The notes under the pieces: generated by a model
Told to the model about the DNA's origin: nothing
What the model saw: the letters and a program-made list of their open reading frames with translations, nothing else
The model's database searches: none
Part shown: positions 16,542 through 24,991 of the stretch, piece after piece
Layout of the letters: every line of letters starts with the position of its first letter
Position numbering within the stretch: the stretch's first letter is position 1
Position numbers and translations under genes: made by a program
IMG/VR virus record: IMGVR_UViG_3300044274_000057
Span: 1-27,827 of that record
Length of the DNA stretch: 27,827 nt
Reading direction: 5' to 3' (one strand)
Source: a virus
Taxonomy: Duplodnaviria; Caudoviricetes

Positions 16542-17249
16542 TCATTGATTCAATTCAGGGAAACGGTTACGAATTGCGGCCGCACGCTCGGAGCGATCTC
16601 CGCCCATGCTGCCCTTTGAGGCGGCACCGCCACCCTTATGGCCACCACCGGCACCGCCGCCAGAGGCCTTCGACGCAACGATCAACGGCGCGAAGGCCGG
16701 ATCGCTTGCGAATTCTGCTTTCAGCTCTTCCACGGTCATGGCGCTGGGCTTGCCCTCGGCGTCCAGAACGACGGTGGTCGGCTTGCCGTCGCGGATCTCC
16801 ATGGAGAGACGGCTGGTCAGGTGTGGCTGAAGCGCCTTGGCGCTGCCCTGTACGGCGATGTCCGCCGCGATACTCGACGCCACACCGGTGACCATCTGTT
16901 CTTTGAGCCAGGCTTGGTGTTGCTCCACCTCGCCCTTCAGCTCGCTTTCGCGCTTGGAGAGCTTCTCTTGCCAGCTCTTCTCCAGCGCCTCGACATCGCC
17001 CGCCTTGCGGTGCTTGTCGTCGTCCAGGCTGGCCAGCTGGTCCTCCAGCTCCTTGAGGCGCTTGGCGGCCTCCTGGCGCTCCTGCTTCGCGGTCTTGGTC
17101 TCGCCCAGCAGCTTCTCGTGATGCTCTTTCAGGCGCTCGTTTTCGGCCTTGATCTCGCTGATCTGCTCCGGGGTCAGGCTGCTACCGCCTTCACCACCTT
17201 CGCCACCAGCCTCTTCACGGAATGCACGGGGGAGTTTGTTGATACGCAT
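16542..17249 (-). CDS. Capsid scaffolding protein
   Basis: Coiled-coil, charged, ASKASGGGAGG C-terminal motif; no protease gene present. Confidence 0.88.
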   Translation of the reverse strand: MRINKLPRAFREEAGGEGGEGGSSLTPEQISEIKAENERLKEHHEKLLGETKTAKQERQEAAKRLKELEDQLASLDDDKHRKAGDVEALEKSWQEKLSKRESELKGEVEQHQAWLKEQMVTGVASSIAADIAVQGSAKALQPHLTSRLSMEIRDGKPTTVVLDAEGKPSAMTVEELKAEFASDPAFAPLIVASKASGGGAGGGHKGGGAASKGSMGGDRSERAAAIRNRFPELNQ

Positions 17250-17267
17250 TGGTCACTGACCTCTTGG

Positions 17268-18350
17268 TTACCCACTGGGTTGGATTCCCGCGCGCTCGAA
17301 GGCCTGGGGCTCAAGGGCCCGCATTTCATCAAGCGTGAGGGGTTTGAAATTTCGGTCCAGCTGAAGCTCTGAGAACCGGCTGGCGGACAGCCCGCCCTGG
17401 CGCAGCAGGCGACCCCGGGCCGGGCCCAGGGTCGAATCCTGAAAGGCGGCAGGCTGCCGCTTGAGCCATTCGTAATACGTCAGGTCCGCCTTCACCGGCC
17501 CCTGCTCAGAGGAGCGGGTGGCGTCGCGATCCAGGAAGTCCAGGCCGTCGTCCAGCTCGGCCACCGTAGTGGACCGGCAACCGATATGGATCGGGGGCTT
17601 CGGCCCTTTGCCGACCTTGAAGGTGCGCCCGTCCAGGGAGCGGCACTGGGCGCTGGTGCGGCTATCCAGGGTGGACACCCACCGGTAGCCGCTGATGATG
17701 TCGCTGTTGCGCTCCCAGGCCTGAAACCGGGCAACGCTGGCCACATGCTGGACGGCGGTTCGCACGACTGCCTGAGCATGCCGGCGAGTGGTCTCGAGCA
17801 GACCGTCCCGATAGTTCAGCGCCTTGGCGCCTCGGATGGAGCGGACGATCTCGGCGTTCGTCTGGCCCTCGAAGGCGCCCTGGCGGATGCGGTTCTTGAC
17901 CGCCTCGATTTCGCTGGCGCTCCAGTCTTTCAGGAACGGGTTGAGCAGCTTCCCGCCCTGAGCGCCGCGCACCGACATCGGGTCACTGGTGGCCGCCGCC
18001 CAAACGGTGGCGACCGCCGGAACGGCCAGCTGGACCCCGGACACCACCTCCTGCAGCGCCCGCACCTCGAATCCGGCCTCGTAGTCGGCCAGATCGCGCA
18101 GGTCCGCAGTGATCGTTTCCAGCTGGGCGCCGTAAAGGCGGCTGAGCAGGTCGTCGATCTCATCGAGCAATCGGTTGAGCTTTGCTCGACGGTAGGCGCT
18201 GATCTCGGCCCGCATCAGCAGCCGCTTGCGCAGCTCACGGTCTACCTTCTGCAGAAACTCGCGCACCTTGCGCGTCTCGCCAGCCTTCAGGCGCTCCAGA
18301 TAGACCTGGTGGCGGACGGAGGCGTTAAGGAGTAGTTCCGGTACCGCCAT
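17268..18350 (-). CDS. Minor head protein (SPP1 gp7 / Mu F-like)
   Basis: WVSTLDSRTS..CRSLDG..F......PPIH.GCRST motif; after the portal. Confidence 0.92.
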   Translation of the reverse strand: MAVPELLLNASVRHQVYLERLKAGETRKVREFLQKVDRELRKRLLMRAEISAYRRAKLNRLLDEIDDLLSRLYGAQLETITADLRDLADYEAGFEVRALQEVVSGVQLAVPAVATVWAAATSDPMSVRGAQGGKLLNPFLKDWSASEIEAVKNRIRQGAFEGQTNAEIVRSIRGAKALNYRDGLLETTRRHAQAVVRTAVQHVASVARFQAWERNSDIISGYRWVSTLDSRTSAQCRSLDGRTFKVGKGPKPPIHIGCRSTTVAELDDGLDFLDRDATRSSEQGPVKADLTYYEWLKRQPAAFQDSTLGPARGRLLRQGGLSASRFSELQLDRNFKPLTLDEMRALEPQAFERAGIQPSG

Positions 18351-19773
18351 CGGTCATATCGTCCAGGTTGAGGCCGGCGTCGTTTTGCGTTTCTTCGCGG
18401 ATCTCTTCGTCGGTCTTTTCCGGGTCGATCAGCCCCGCCTTGCGCAGGTACGCCCACAGGTCGCCCTCGGGGATGGCGCCGCTCATCCAGGCGGCCACCA
18501 GCTCCTTGAGCATTTGCGCGTCGAGGCTGTGCTCGGTCAGGTCCTGGTTGAGCTGGTACAGGGCTTCGCCGGCGGCGGCCATGAACTCGCCCACCCAGGC
18601 CAAGCACTGGCTGTAGGCTTCGGAGACGTTCGACGCGGCCAGGGACAGGATGGAGTGCTGGGTCTCGCTTTCGTCCTGTGCCTGAGTGGCCGTCTTGACG
18701 GCTTGGCCGGGCTGGACCAGCCGCGCACCCAGGGCGACCATGCGCTGCTCGATGGCCTCCAGCTCTTTCTGAAGGGCCGTATCGGCGGTGACCGTCTCGA
18801 TGCCGAACTGGCCGCCGTCCGGCAGCATCATGGGCGAGCGACTACCCATCACCACGCCCATCTCCTCCAGCATGGCGACCCACTGCTCGGTGAGGCCGGA
18901 CATCCAGGGCTGGGGCTGGCCGGCGTAGAAAAGCGCGTTGTACCAATCCGCCCCCACCTGGTAGTGCTTAATGTTCAGGGTGGCCAGATCCAGCAGGGGC
19001 GCCTTGTCCACGTCGGAATCGTTGTTGCGTGCGCCGACAAAGGTGAAGGGAATCCGGTCCCAGGGCTGACCATTGCCTCGCTTGGGAATGGATTCCTCGT
19101 GGATCACGAACGCCCCGCCCGATTCCGGCTTGCGCCAAATGCGGACGATGTACACCCCGTCTTCCAGGGAGAGCTGGCGAAACTGTTCGATAGCCTGAAG
19201 CCCGAAGCCATCTTCCGTGGGCTCTTCGGCATGCTCATGGATCACCACCAGGGACAGCAGGTGGGCGCCGCCGATCTTGGTGGTGCGCCAGTTGATGATC
19301 TGTTCGGCGTCGTAGCTGTTGATGGTGGCCCGGATCAGGCCGGCGGCCTGCTGAGCGCGCGAGGCCGGCGCATCGGTGGTTGGGTAGTCCACCAGCAGGC
19401 CGGCCCGGCCCTTACCCAGAACCTGGCCCAGCACCTCCTGGCTCTGCTGGTAGATGCTCACCCCGGCGCCGTCGGCATCGCTCTCCAGGTAATTGAGCGC
19501 GTCCGGGGCAATGAAGGTCGGCACCTTGCGGAATACGGCGCCGATCAGCCCCTCACGGGTGTAGCCGGTGGCGTTGTAGAAGCTGGCCCGCTGCTTATAG
19601 CGGTCGTAAACCGCCTTTTTTTGGTCCGGGTTTTCCTCAACAGCGGACGGGTTCGGCAGGTACTCCTCGCCCCGCTTCTTGACGGCACGGTCGCCACGGC
19701 AAACGTCGCCCACCAGTGCCCAGTCCGGCTTGGCGTTCAGGTACTCCTGGCGTTCAAATTGCACGTCTGCCAT
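18325..19773 (-). CDS. Portal protein (DUF4055-like)
   Basis: After TerL; YLP...Y..Y..RA.FYN.T, IPFTFVGA.NN and PLLDLA.LN..HY motifs. Confidence 0.92.
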   Translation of the reverse strand: MADVQFERQEYLNAKPDWALVGDVCRGDRAVKKRGEEYLPNPSAVEENPDQKKAVYDRYKQRASFYNATGYTREGLIGAVFRKVPTFIAPDALNYLESDADGAGVSIYQQSQEVLGQVLGKGRAGLLVDYPTTDAPASRAQQAAGLIRATINSYDAEQIINWRTTKIGGAHLLSLVVIHEHAEEPTEDGFGLQAIEQFRQLSLEDGVYIVRIWRKPESGGAFVIHEESIPKRGNGQPWDRIPFTFVGARNNDSDVDKAPLLDLATLNIKHYQVGADWYNALFYAGQPQPWMSGLTEQWVAMLEEMGVVMGSRSPMMLPDGGQFGIETVTADTALQKELEAIEQRMVALGARLVQPGQAVKTATQAQDESETQHSILSLAASNVSEAYSQCLAWVGEFMAAAGEALYQLNQDLTEHSLDAQMLKELVAAWMSGAIPEGDLWAYLRKAGLIDPEKTDEEIREETQNDAGLNLDDMTDGGTGTTP

Positions 19774-21005
19774 TAGAAATTCATTCTCAGCTTGGTGGTG
19801 GTGGCCGGCTTGATCACCGGGTACTCGTAGTGGATGAAGTAGCCGCCGGAATCCGGGAAATGATCGAGACCCTGCTTCTTGTCCGGCTCGCCGTGCTGGT
19901 TATAGGCCTGCTGCTCCAGGCACTTCACATACCCGGGGCAGCGGTCCACGTTGATCTTGTAGTCGCCCTGAAAGGCGGCGTTCATCGCGTTGATCCGGTC
20001 CTTAACCGGCGGGTTCTGCTTGGGCGCGTGGATCGTGAATCCCGCCTCCCGCAGGATGGCCAGATCGGTCTTGCTGGCATCGACGCTGCGCCGACCACCC
20101 CCGGAGGCATCCGGGTACACATGGATGGCATGACCTGGGTAACGGTCCTTGATGAGCCGCACCATGTCCGGCGTGTCGTAGCCGTTGCCGATTTCGCCGA
20201 CCGCTACCGGGTGGCCGTTGCGCTTCACATGGACGACCGCCGACATCTGGCCGACGTTGAAGTCCATGCCGATGAACAGCGGCTCGCCCGGCTCTTCCGT
20301 TTCGTGCGTGTTGCAGCGCTTCCGGTCGAACTGGATGTACACCGTGCCAGTCGTCAGGTTGACGAACTCGCCCTCGATGTAGGCGTCCAGCAGGCGCGAT
20401 GGGTAGATGTCGCGCAGGCTGTCGATGTAGCCGTCCGGCAGGTGCGGATTGCTGTACGACGGCGCCCGGATGATCTCGTAGCCCGGCGGCCGCTTTTCGT
20501 GCCACGTCTCGTAGACGAAGCGAAAGCCCTCCGGGGTAGTGGCCACGCCGACGGTGTTGGGCGAGCCGTCCGCCTTCCTCTGCCGGTTCCGGGACAGCAC
20601 GCGGCGCCAGACTTCGGCGGCGTCGTCCCGTTTCAGCGTATCCAGCTCGTCCACGTCCGAATCGCCGACCTCAAAGCCGATGATCCGCTGGGGCGTGTCC
20701 ATGCTCCTGAAGATGATCCGGCCGTAGCCGTCGATCTCCAGGACGTTGTGCGGGTGTTTCGTGAGCCGGTACGGCACCTTCAGGTCTGACAGCAGCTCCT
20801 CGAAGCGCGGCCAGGCAATCATCCGGATCAGGTCGTAGGTCGGCTCGTAGAAGGCCCTGTCCGATTCAGGGTGCGCCAGTTTGCCCAGCAGGGAGCGGAC
20901 GATCAGCGCCTCGGTCTTGCCGGCACCGAAACCGGCGACGATGGCCGGGTACCGCGCCTCCGAGAAAATGAACTGGTCCTGGGGGACCGTCGGGTTAATT
21001 TCCAC
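19773..21005 (-). CDS. terL: Terminase large subunit
   Basis: Walker A AGFGAGKT, Walker B VDELD, TTPEG motif, nuclease GMDFN and DH..D. Confidence 0.96.
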   Translation of the reverse strand: MEINPTVPQDQFIFSEARYPAIVAGFGAGKTEALIVRSLLGKLAHPESDRAFYEPTYDLIRMIAWPRFEELLSDLKVPYRLTKHPHNVLEIDGYGRIIFRSMDTPQRIIGFEVGDSDVDELDTLKRDDAAEVWRRVLSRNRQRKADGSPNTVGVATTPEGFRFVYETWHEKRPPGYEIIRAPSYSNPHLPDGYIDSLRDIYPSRLLDAYIEGEFVNLTTGTVYIQFDRKRCNTHETEEPGEPLFIGMDFNVGQMSAVVHVKRNGHPVAVGEIGNGYDTPDMVRLIKDRYPGHAIHVYPDASGGGRRSVDASKTDLAILREAGFTIHAPKQNPPVKDRINAMNAAFQGDYKINVDRCPGYVKCLEQQAYNQHGEPDKKQGLDHFPDSGGYFIHYEYPVIKPATTTKLRMNF

Positions 21006-21525
21006 CGGGGCGATTGACTACGACGGTGACGCCCTCCGGCGGCAGAGAAATCTGGTCCTTGAACGCCTGAACGTCGATGTGCTTGCCGATCAGCTCCAGG
21101 CGCTTCACGCGGTCCGACAGCTTGACCTTCACCACAACCCCGCACGGCTCTTTCTCGCCGTCGATGTATTCGTACTGCTGCTCGACGTCGATGCCAGCCA
21201 CCAGTCCCTTGCGCCAGATCTCCGGCCACTGGTGAATCGGCTTCAGCCCACCGTCCTCGTTGTACAGGTCGGCAAGGTCTGCATCCGCCTCAGCAGCCAA
21301 GCGATTCAGCAGCCAGTCCGCGTCCACCTTGGTGCGCTCAGACCGGGAAGCCTTGGCCTGGGCGATAGCTTCGGCTATCTGGGGTTTTCTAAGGTTCTCG
21401 TTACCGACAGATGCAGCCGTTTTCGCACTGTAGCCGGCGCGGATGGCCGCCTGTGTGGCATTCAGGTCGCGCAGGTACTCTTCAACGAAAGCCTGTTGCT
21501 TGTCGGTCAGCTTGGGAGTCAGCAC
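20995..21525 (-). CDS. terS: Terminase small subunit
   Basis: LTDKQQAFVEEYL.DLNATQAAIRAGYS.KTA...G.ENL.KP.I motif; SD GGAGGA before GTG. Confidence 0.95.
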   Translation of the reverse strand: MLTPKLTDKQQAFVEEYLRDLNATQAAIRAGYSAKTAASVGNENLRKPQIAEAIAQAKASRSERTKVDADWLLNRLAAEADADLADLYNEDGGLKPIHQWPEIWRKGLVAGIDVEQQYEYIDGEKEPCGVVVKVKLSDRVKRLELIGKHIDVQAFKDQISLPPEGVTVVVNRPGGN

Positions 21526-21589
21526 CGCTGAGTCCTCCTACCCTGGGCCCCGCCCAGTTAATCGTTGCCGGGCACCGCCCGGGTTGCTG

Positions 21590-21934
21590 TTACTCATCCA
21601 CCTGCACAGGCGGCGATTTCTCGATGATGATCGCGTCCATCTTCGGCATGACGCCGGCCAGCGCGATCAGCAGGGTTGCCAGTGCGACCAACCCGCCGAG
21701 AATCCAGACGGCGCCGCGCACAAACGAATTCATCTTGGCCAGGACCACCTTCATCTGCGTGGTGTCCTGGCGGATCACGTTCAGGTCTTGGATGCTGGCC
21801 TCCAGGTTGCCGACACGGTGCGGCAGCCGCTCTTGCTTCATGGCGTCCATGTCTGACTTGAGCGTATGGACCTCCTGCTCGAGCAGGCCGAGCCGTGGCG
21901 GAATGCTGTACATTTCCTGTGCCTCTTCAGTCAT
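21590..21934 (-). CDS. Coiled-coil protein with a C-terminal TM helix (XhlA-like architecture); alternative start 21913
   Basis: Heptad-like N-terminal region, then GAVWILGGLVALATLLIALAGV. Confidence 0.7.
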   Translation of the reverse strand: MTEEAQEMYSIPPRLGLLEQEVHTLKSDMDAMKQERLPHRVGNLEASIQDLNVIRQDTTQMKVVLAKMNSFVRGAVWILGGLVALATLLIALAGVMPKMDAIIIEKSPPVQVDE

Positions 21935-22049
21935 CCCGGGACGATCTCCACCATTGCCGCGCAATCCACGCAGCCACAAGCCAGAAAAGAAAAACGATGA
22001 TGAGCGTGAGCGTCAGGGCGTACACGGTCGTGTACAGCCAGCGCTTCAT
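21927..22049 (-). CDS. 40-aa single-TM membrane peptide
   Basis: Below track cut-off: MKRWLYTTVYALTLTLIIVFLFWLVAAWIARQWWRSSRDD; ATGA overlap with the o-spanin stop and 8-bp overlap with the next gene. Confidence 0.65.
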   Translation of the reverse strand: MKRWLYTTVYALTLTLIIVFLFWLVAAWIARQWWRSSRDD

Positions 22050-22288
22050 TCTCGGATGGCCTCGATCAGGCCGTTATGCCGGGTGGCGCAGTCGTGATAC
22101 TGGCTGGCCCACTCGGTCATGGTGCGCAGGACCGTGCCCGCCTCGCCGTTACTCAGGGTCGGGAGAGTCTCGGGGCAGCGGGTCAGCAGATTCTGCTGGT
22201 ACGGTCTCGCCTCGGGCTGCCGCATTGAGCAGCCGGAGGCCAGAATCAGGCACGCACACGTTGCGATAAACAGGGTTCTGGATTTCAC
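22046..22288 (-). CDS. o-spanin (Rz1-like lipoprotein)
   Basis: Lipobox LASG-C; CP..LP and Y..C..RHNGLI motifs; overlaps the 3' half of the i-spanin. Confidence 0.85.
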   Translation of the reverse strand: MKSRTLFIATCACLILASGCSMRQPEARPYQQNLLTRCPETLPTLSNGEAGTVLRTMTEWASQYHDCATRHNGLIEAIRE

Positions 22289-22538
22289 GGATCACCCCGC
22301 GATCAATGATGCGTTCGTTCGCCTTCAGGTCGGCCAAGCGGCCCTCCACCTTCTCGGCGATCTTGGATTCGCGGGCCATGGCGGCGTCGATGGCGGCCTG
22401 GGCGCCCCGCTCTTCGGCCAGGTCCCGGCTATCCTCGTACCAGCCGCGGCCAACCCAGCCGCCGAATGCGATTGCGGCCACCACGGCGAGAACGACGGCG
22501 TACGGCCCACCCCTTTTCAGCAGCACCGCCCAGCTCAT
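22149..22538 (-). CDS. i-spanin (Rz-like)
   Basis: N-terminal TM helix, coiled-coil, PVYRNVC.PDSGLRLLN motif. Confidence 0.85.
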   Translation of the reverse strand: MSWAVLLKRGGPYAVVLAVVAAIAFGGWVGRGWYEDSRDLAEERGAQAAIDAAMARESKIAEKVEGRLADLKANERIIDRGVIREIQNPVYRNVCVPDSGLRLLNAAARGETVPAESADPLPRDSPDPE

Positions 22539-22747
22539 TCAGGCTTATCCCGCTGCCATTGCCAGAACTTCACCACCAGGGGCGGCAGCGCAAACAGGGT
22601 GGCGAACGCCGCGGCGGTGCCTGTCGGAATGTCCGGCGGGTCGAAGAACACCTTGATCACCACCAGGGTGGTCAAAGTCAGGCCCCACAGCGCCAGCAGG
22701 ATCTTTGCCCAGCCGTTGCGCGCTATGAAGGACCGAAAGTCGCTCAT
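22535..22747 (-). CDS. Putative holin (70 aa, two TM helices)
   Basis: Two hydrophobic segments and a charged C-tail; coupled between endolysin and spanin by ATGA overlaps. Confidence 0.7.
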   Translation of the reverse strand: MSDFRSFIARNGWAKILLALWGLTLTTLVVIKVFFDPPDIPTGTAAAFATLFALPPLVVKFWQWQRDKPE

Positions 22748-23151
22748 ACCAGCTCGAAATGCACCAGATCATCGAAGTTGTTGTCGTTGACCTGGGTGTC
22801 CATATCCCAGTCGCCGCCCCAGCGAAGGGCGCGAGACATGCGACCCTCGGCCAGCAGGCGCGCCGCTGTGCCCATCACGAAGCCGGCGAAATAGTGAAAG
22901 CGCTCCCGGTCTTGCCAGTCGATGGGATACGGTGCCACATCGACCGCCTCGCTGGGCTCGCTGTTGTGCCGGCTGTTCGGCCAACGGACCTGGCTCTTGC
23001 CCTGCTCCACCATGCGGTTCTGCGTCACGCGGTCGCGGTGACCGGTGATGATGGTGCAGTCGAAGTCTTGCACGACCTCAGCCATCAGCACCTGCAGATC
23101 GGCGTCGCAGGTCGCCAGACGCTGTTTGCTGCGTTCGCTGAATCTAGGCAT
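22744..23151 (-). CDS. Endolysin, M15-family (L-Ala-D-Glu-type) peptidase
   Basis: FS.RS..RL, G.R...Q, S.H.....AVD, WGGDW and D..HFEL zinc-peptidase motifs. Confidence 0.93.
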   Translation of the reverse strand: MPRFSERSKQRLATCDADLQVLMAEVVQDFDCTIITGHRDRVTQNRMVEQGKSQVRWPNSRHNSEPSEAVDVAPYPIDWQDRERFHYFAGFVMGTAARLLAEGRMSRALRWGGDWDMDTQVNDNNFDDLVHFELV

Positions 23152-23160
23152 GTCAGGTCC

Positions 23161-23191
23161 AGAAATAGAAAGACCCGCACGGGGCGGGTCT
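23161..23191 (-). terminator. Late-leader (tR'-like) terminator upstream of the lysis genes
   Basis: Minus strand AGACCCGC-CCCGT-GCGGGTCT-TTCTATTTCT between the Q-like gene and the endolysin. Confidence 0.75.
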
Positions 23192-23263
23192 CGGGGATGG
23201 CCGGGTCAGGGGTTCCGGCTTGTTTCAGAGCCAATCTGTGACTCTGGCAAATAGGGTACTTTT

Positions 23264-23288
23264 ACTACGGTCATTCCCACTACGGTCA
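23264..23288 (-). promoter_or_regulatory. Direct repeat TGACCGTAGT x2 in the late promoter region
   Basis: Perfect 10-bp repeats at 23264-23273 and 23279-23288, directly after the Q-like stop. Confidence 0.55.
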
Positions 23289-23289
23289 G

Positions 23290-23832
23290 TTATGCGCTTT
23301 CTTTTTGCCGTAGCGCCATGATTTCCTCGCACACTTCCCGGGGCTGGCGCAGGGCCTCGCGCTCCCACTGGTTCAGGATCCGGCCCATCTGCTCGTACCA
23401 GAGCCGCCACTTCCGCCCGGGCTTGTACCAGTTGCTCTGGTCAACGCCGAGCATCTGGCACACCATTTCCACGCTGAACGGGCCGTTCCGGGCCTGGGCC
23501 TGATAATCGAACACCGCAATTTCGGTCATGGCCTTGGCCTTGCGCAGCGTGTGGTCCCGGTTGATGTCCTTGCCGCAGCGCCGGAGAAATTCACCCCACA
23601 GGCAGGCCCGGATCACGTCGAAGGACCGCGTCTCCCACTCCGGGGCGTAGCACATCAGCAAAAGGTCTCCCAGCGGCCGGGGCTGGTTCTCCACCGCCGC
23701 CATGACTTTGCCGGCCCAGACATTCTTGGCCATGCCGTAGATGCGGCCGGAAAGAGCGTTCCCGCCGCTGCCCTCGCGCTGCATCTTGAACATCGCGTAT
23801 GCGTCATGGATTTCTCGCTTCACGTCCGCCAT
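23290..23832 (-). CDS. Late-gene regulator, antitermination protein Q-like
   Basis: Last gene before the terminator and lysis cassette; HDAY..AGKV.AAV...P.PL.....Y.P pattern and C-terminal HTH-like VCQMLGVDQSNW; start set at ATG 23832. Confidence 0.75.
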   Translation of the reverse strand: MADVKREIHDAYAMFKMQREGSGGNALSGRIYGMAKNVWAGKVMAAVENQPRPLGDLLLMCYAPEWETRSFDVIRACLWGEFLRRCGKDINRDHTLRKAKAMTEIAVFDYQAQARNGPFSVEMVCQMLGVDQSNWYKPGRKWRLWYEQMGRILNQWEREALRQPREVCEEIMALRQKESA

Positions 23833-23833
23833 G

Positions 23834-24148
23834 TCATTGCCCGCCCTTGGTGTCATGCCTGCCATCCAGCCCATCGATATAAGCTAGCTCCTTTGCCAGA
23901 TGCATCTCCTCACGCTTTTCGTCGATGCGACTCATAAGCGTGCGAGTACCCATCTGCGCTTTCCTTCGCTTAACCTGAGATGCTCTGGAGCAATACACGC
24001 AGCGATTGCTTGATGAGTACCTAAGGCAAAGCCCGTCGCCTCGCGCATGGCCTGAGACTGCGCAGCTCGACCCCCAGTAGTATTTTCTTTCTCCCTGGCG
24101 CCCAATCTCGCCTGCCGATATGCCGTAAGGAACACGATTCGCATCCAT
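23834..24148 (-). CDS. Small Zn-finger protein (104 aa)
   Basis: KYYWG..C..GH......RY.S...CV.C motif; SD GAGGG before ATG 24148; low GC. Confidence 0.7.
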   Translation of the reverse strand: MDANRVPYGISAGEIGRQGERKYYWGSSCAVSGHARGDGLCLRYSSSNRCVYCSRASQVKRRKAQMGTRTLMSRIDEKREEMHLAKELAYIDGLDGRHDTKGGQ

Positions 24149-24149
24149 A

Positions 24150-24350
24150 TCACCGCCCTCTCGCCTCGAAAATGCCCTGACAGTCCACGCAGCGGGTGAC
24201 CCCGCCCAGTGCCCGCCGCCGCTCCGGTATCTGGTCGTCGCAATCCACGCAGTGCGTCTCGGACTCGCCCGCAGGTGCGCCACGGCCGGCCAGTGCCTGC
24301 GCCATGCGTTCCTCGATCAGTTCGCCTGCTCGGTCTGCTGCATCAGCCAT
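24150..24350 (-). CDS. TraR/DksA-family C4 zinc-finger protein
   Basis: MAD.AD.A N-terminus and CVDC...IPE.RR.....TRCVDCQ. Confidence 0.92.
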   Translation of the reverse strand: MADAADRAGELIEERMAQALAGRGAPAGESETHCVDCDDQIPERRRALGGVTRCVDCQGIFEARGR

Positions 24351-24723
24351 TGGCCTCTCCCAAATACCCCGTGATCGTGTCGATAGCCGCCTGGGCGCCC
24401 TTGCACAGCGCCGTCATGTAGCCCTGCTCGGCTAGCCATTCCAGCCATTCGATTTGCTCCCGGCTGGTGGTGCTGCCCTTCTGCCGCTTCATTTCGATGG
24501 CCAGCCCGTGGAAGCCGTGGGCCGGGACCGGCAGGAACAGGTCGGGGAAGCCAGGACGCAACCCCTCGGCCTTCATCCGCGCCATCTTCATCGCCCGCTG
24601 TTTCCCGCTGCCGGCGAGGTGCGCCCCGTTGGGCACCGCTATCAGCCGTCCTTTCAGGTCTCGGTGGCTCAGGTCGAACCAGCGCACCACGGTGATCTGT
24701 TCCTGGCTCTCGCTGGGCAGCAT
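24343..24723 (-). CDS. VRR-NUC domain nuclease
   Basis: E..EQ, AVPNG, KAEG.RPG.PDL, IEMK and Q..W...L...GY motifs; ATG 24723 preferred over TTG 24738. Confidence 0.9.
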   Translation of the reverse strand: MLPSESQEQITVVRWFDLSHRDLKGRLIAVPNGAHLAGSGKQRAMKMARMKAEGLRPGFPDLFLPVPAHGFHGLAIEMKRQKGSTTSREQIEWLEWLAEQGYMTALCKGAQAAIDTITGYLGEANG

Positions 24724-24728
24724 GGGTT

Positions 24729-24980
24729 TCAGCTCCAAAGCTGACGGACCCTGTTGGCGATCCTACGGAGATCCCATACTTCGACGCCCGAGCCCTTATG
24801 AACCCATAACGTCCAGTATTTCCATCCCTTGCCGAGACTGAACGAAACTCCGTACTCCCCCTCGCTCAAGCCACGAAAAACATTAGGAATCGGAATCTGA
24901 AGCCATTTGAAATACGGCCCGCCGAATCGCGGCTGAAACTCAAAAACCAGACTTTCTTCGCACTTAATGACGCCAATCAT
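24729..24980 (-). CDS. Hypothetical protein (83 aa, low GC)
   Basis: SD AGGAG; fills the gap between two coupled genes. Confidence 0.65.
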   Translation of the reverse strand: MIGVIKCEESLVFEFQPRFGGPYFKWLQIPIPNVFRGLSEGEYGVSFSLGKGWKYWTLWVHKGSGVEVWDLRRIANRVRQLWS

Positions 24981-24991
24981 GGCGGTCTCCT

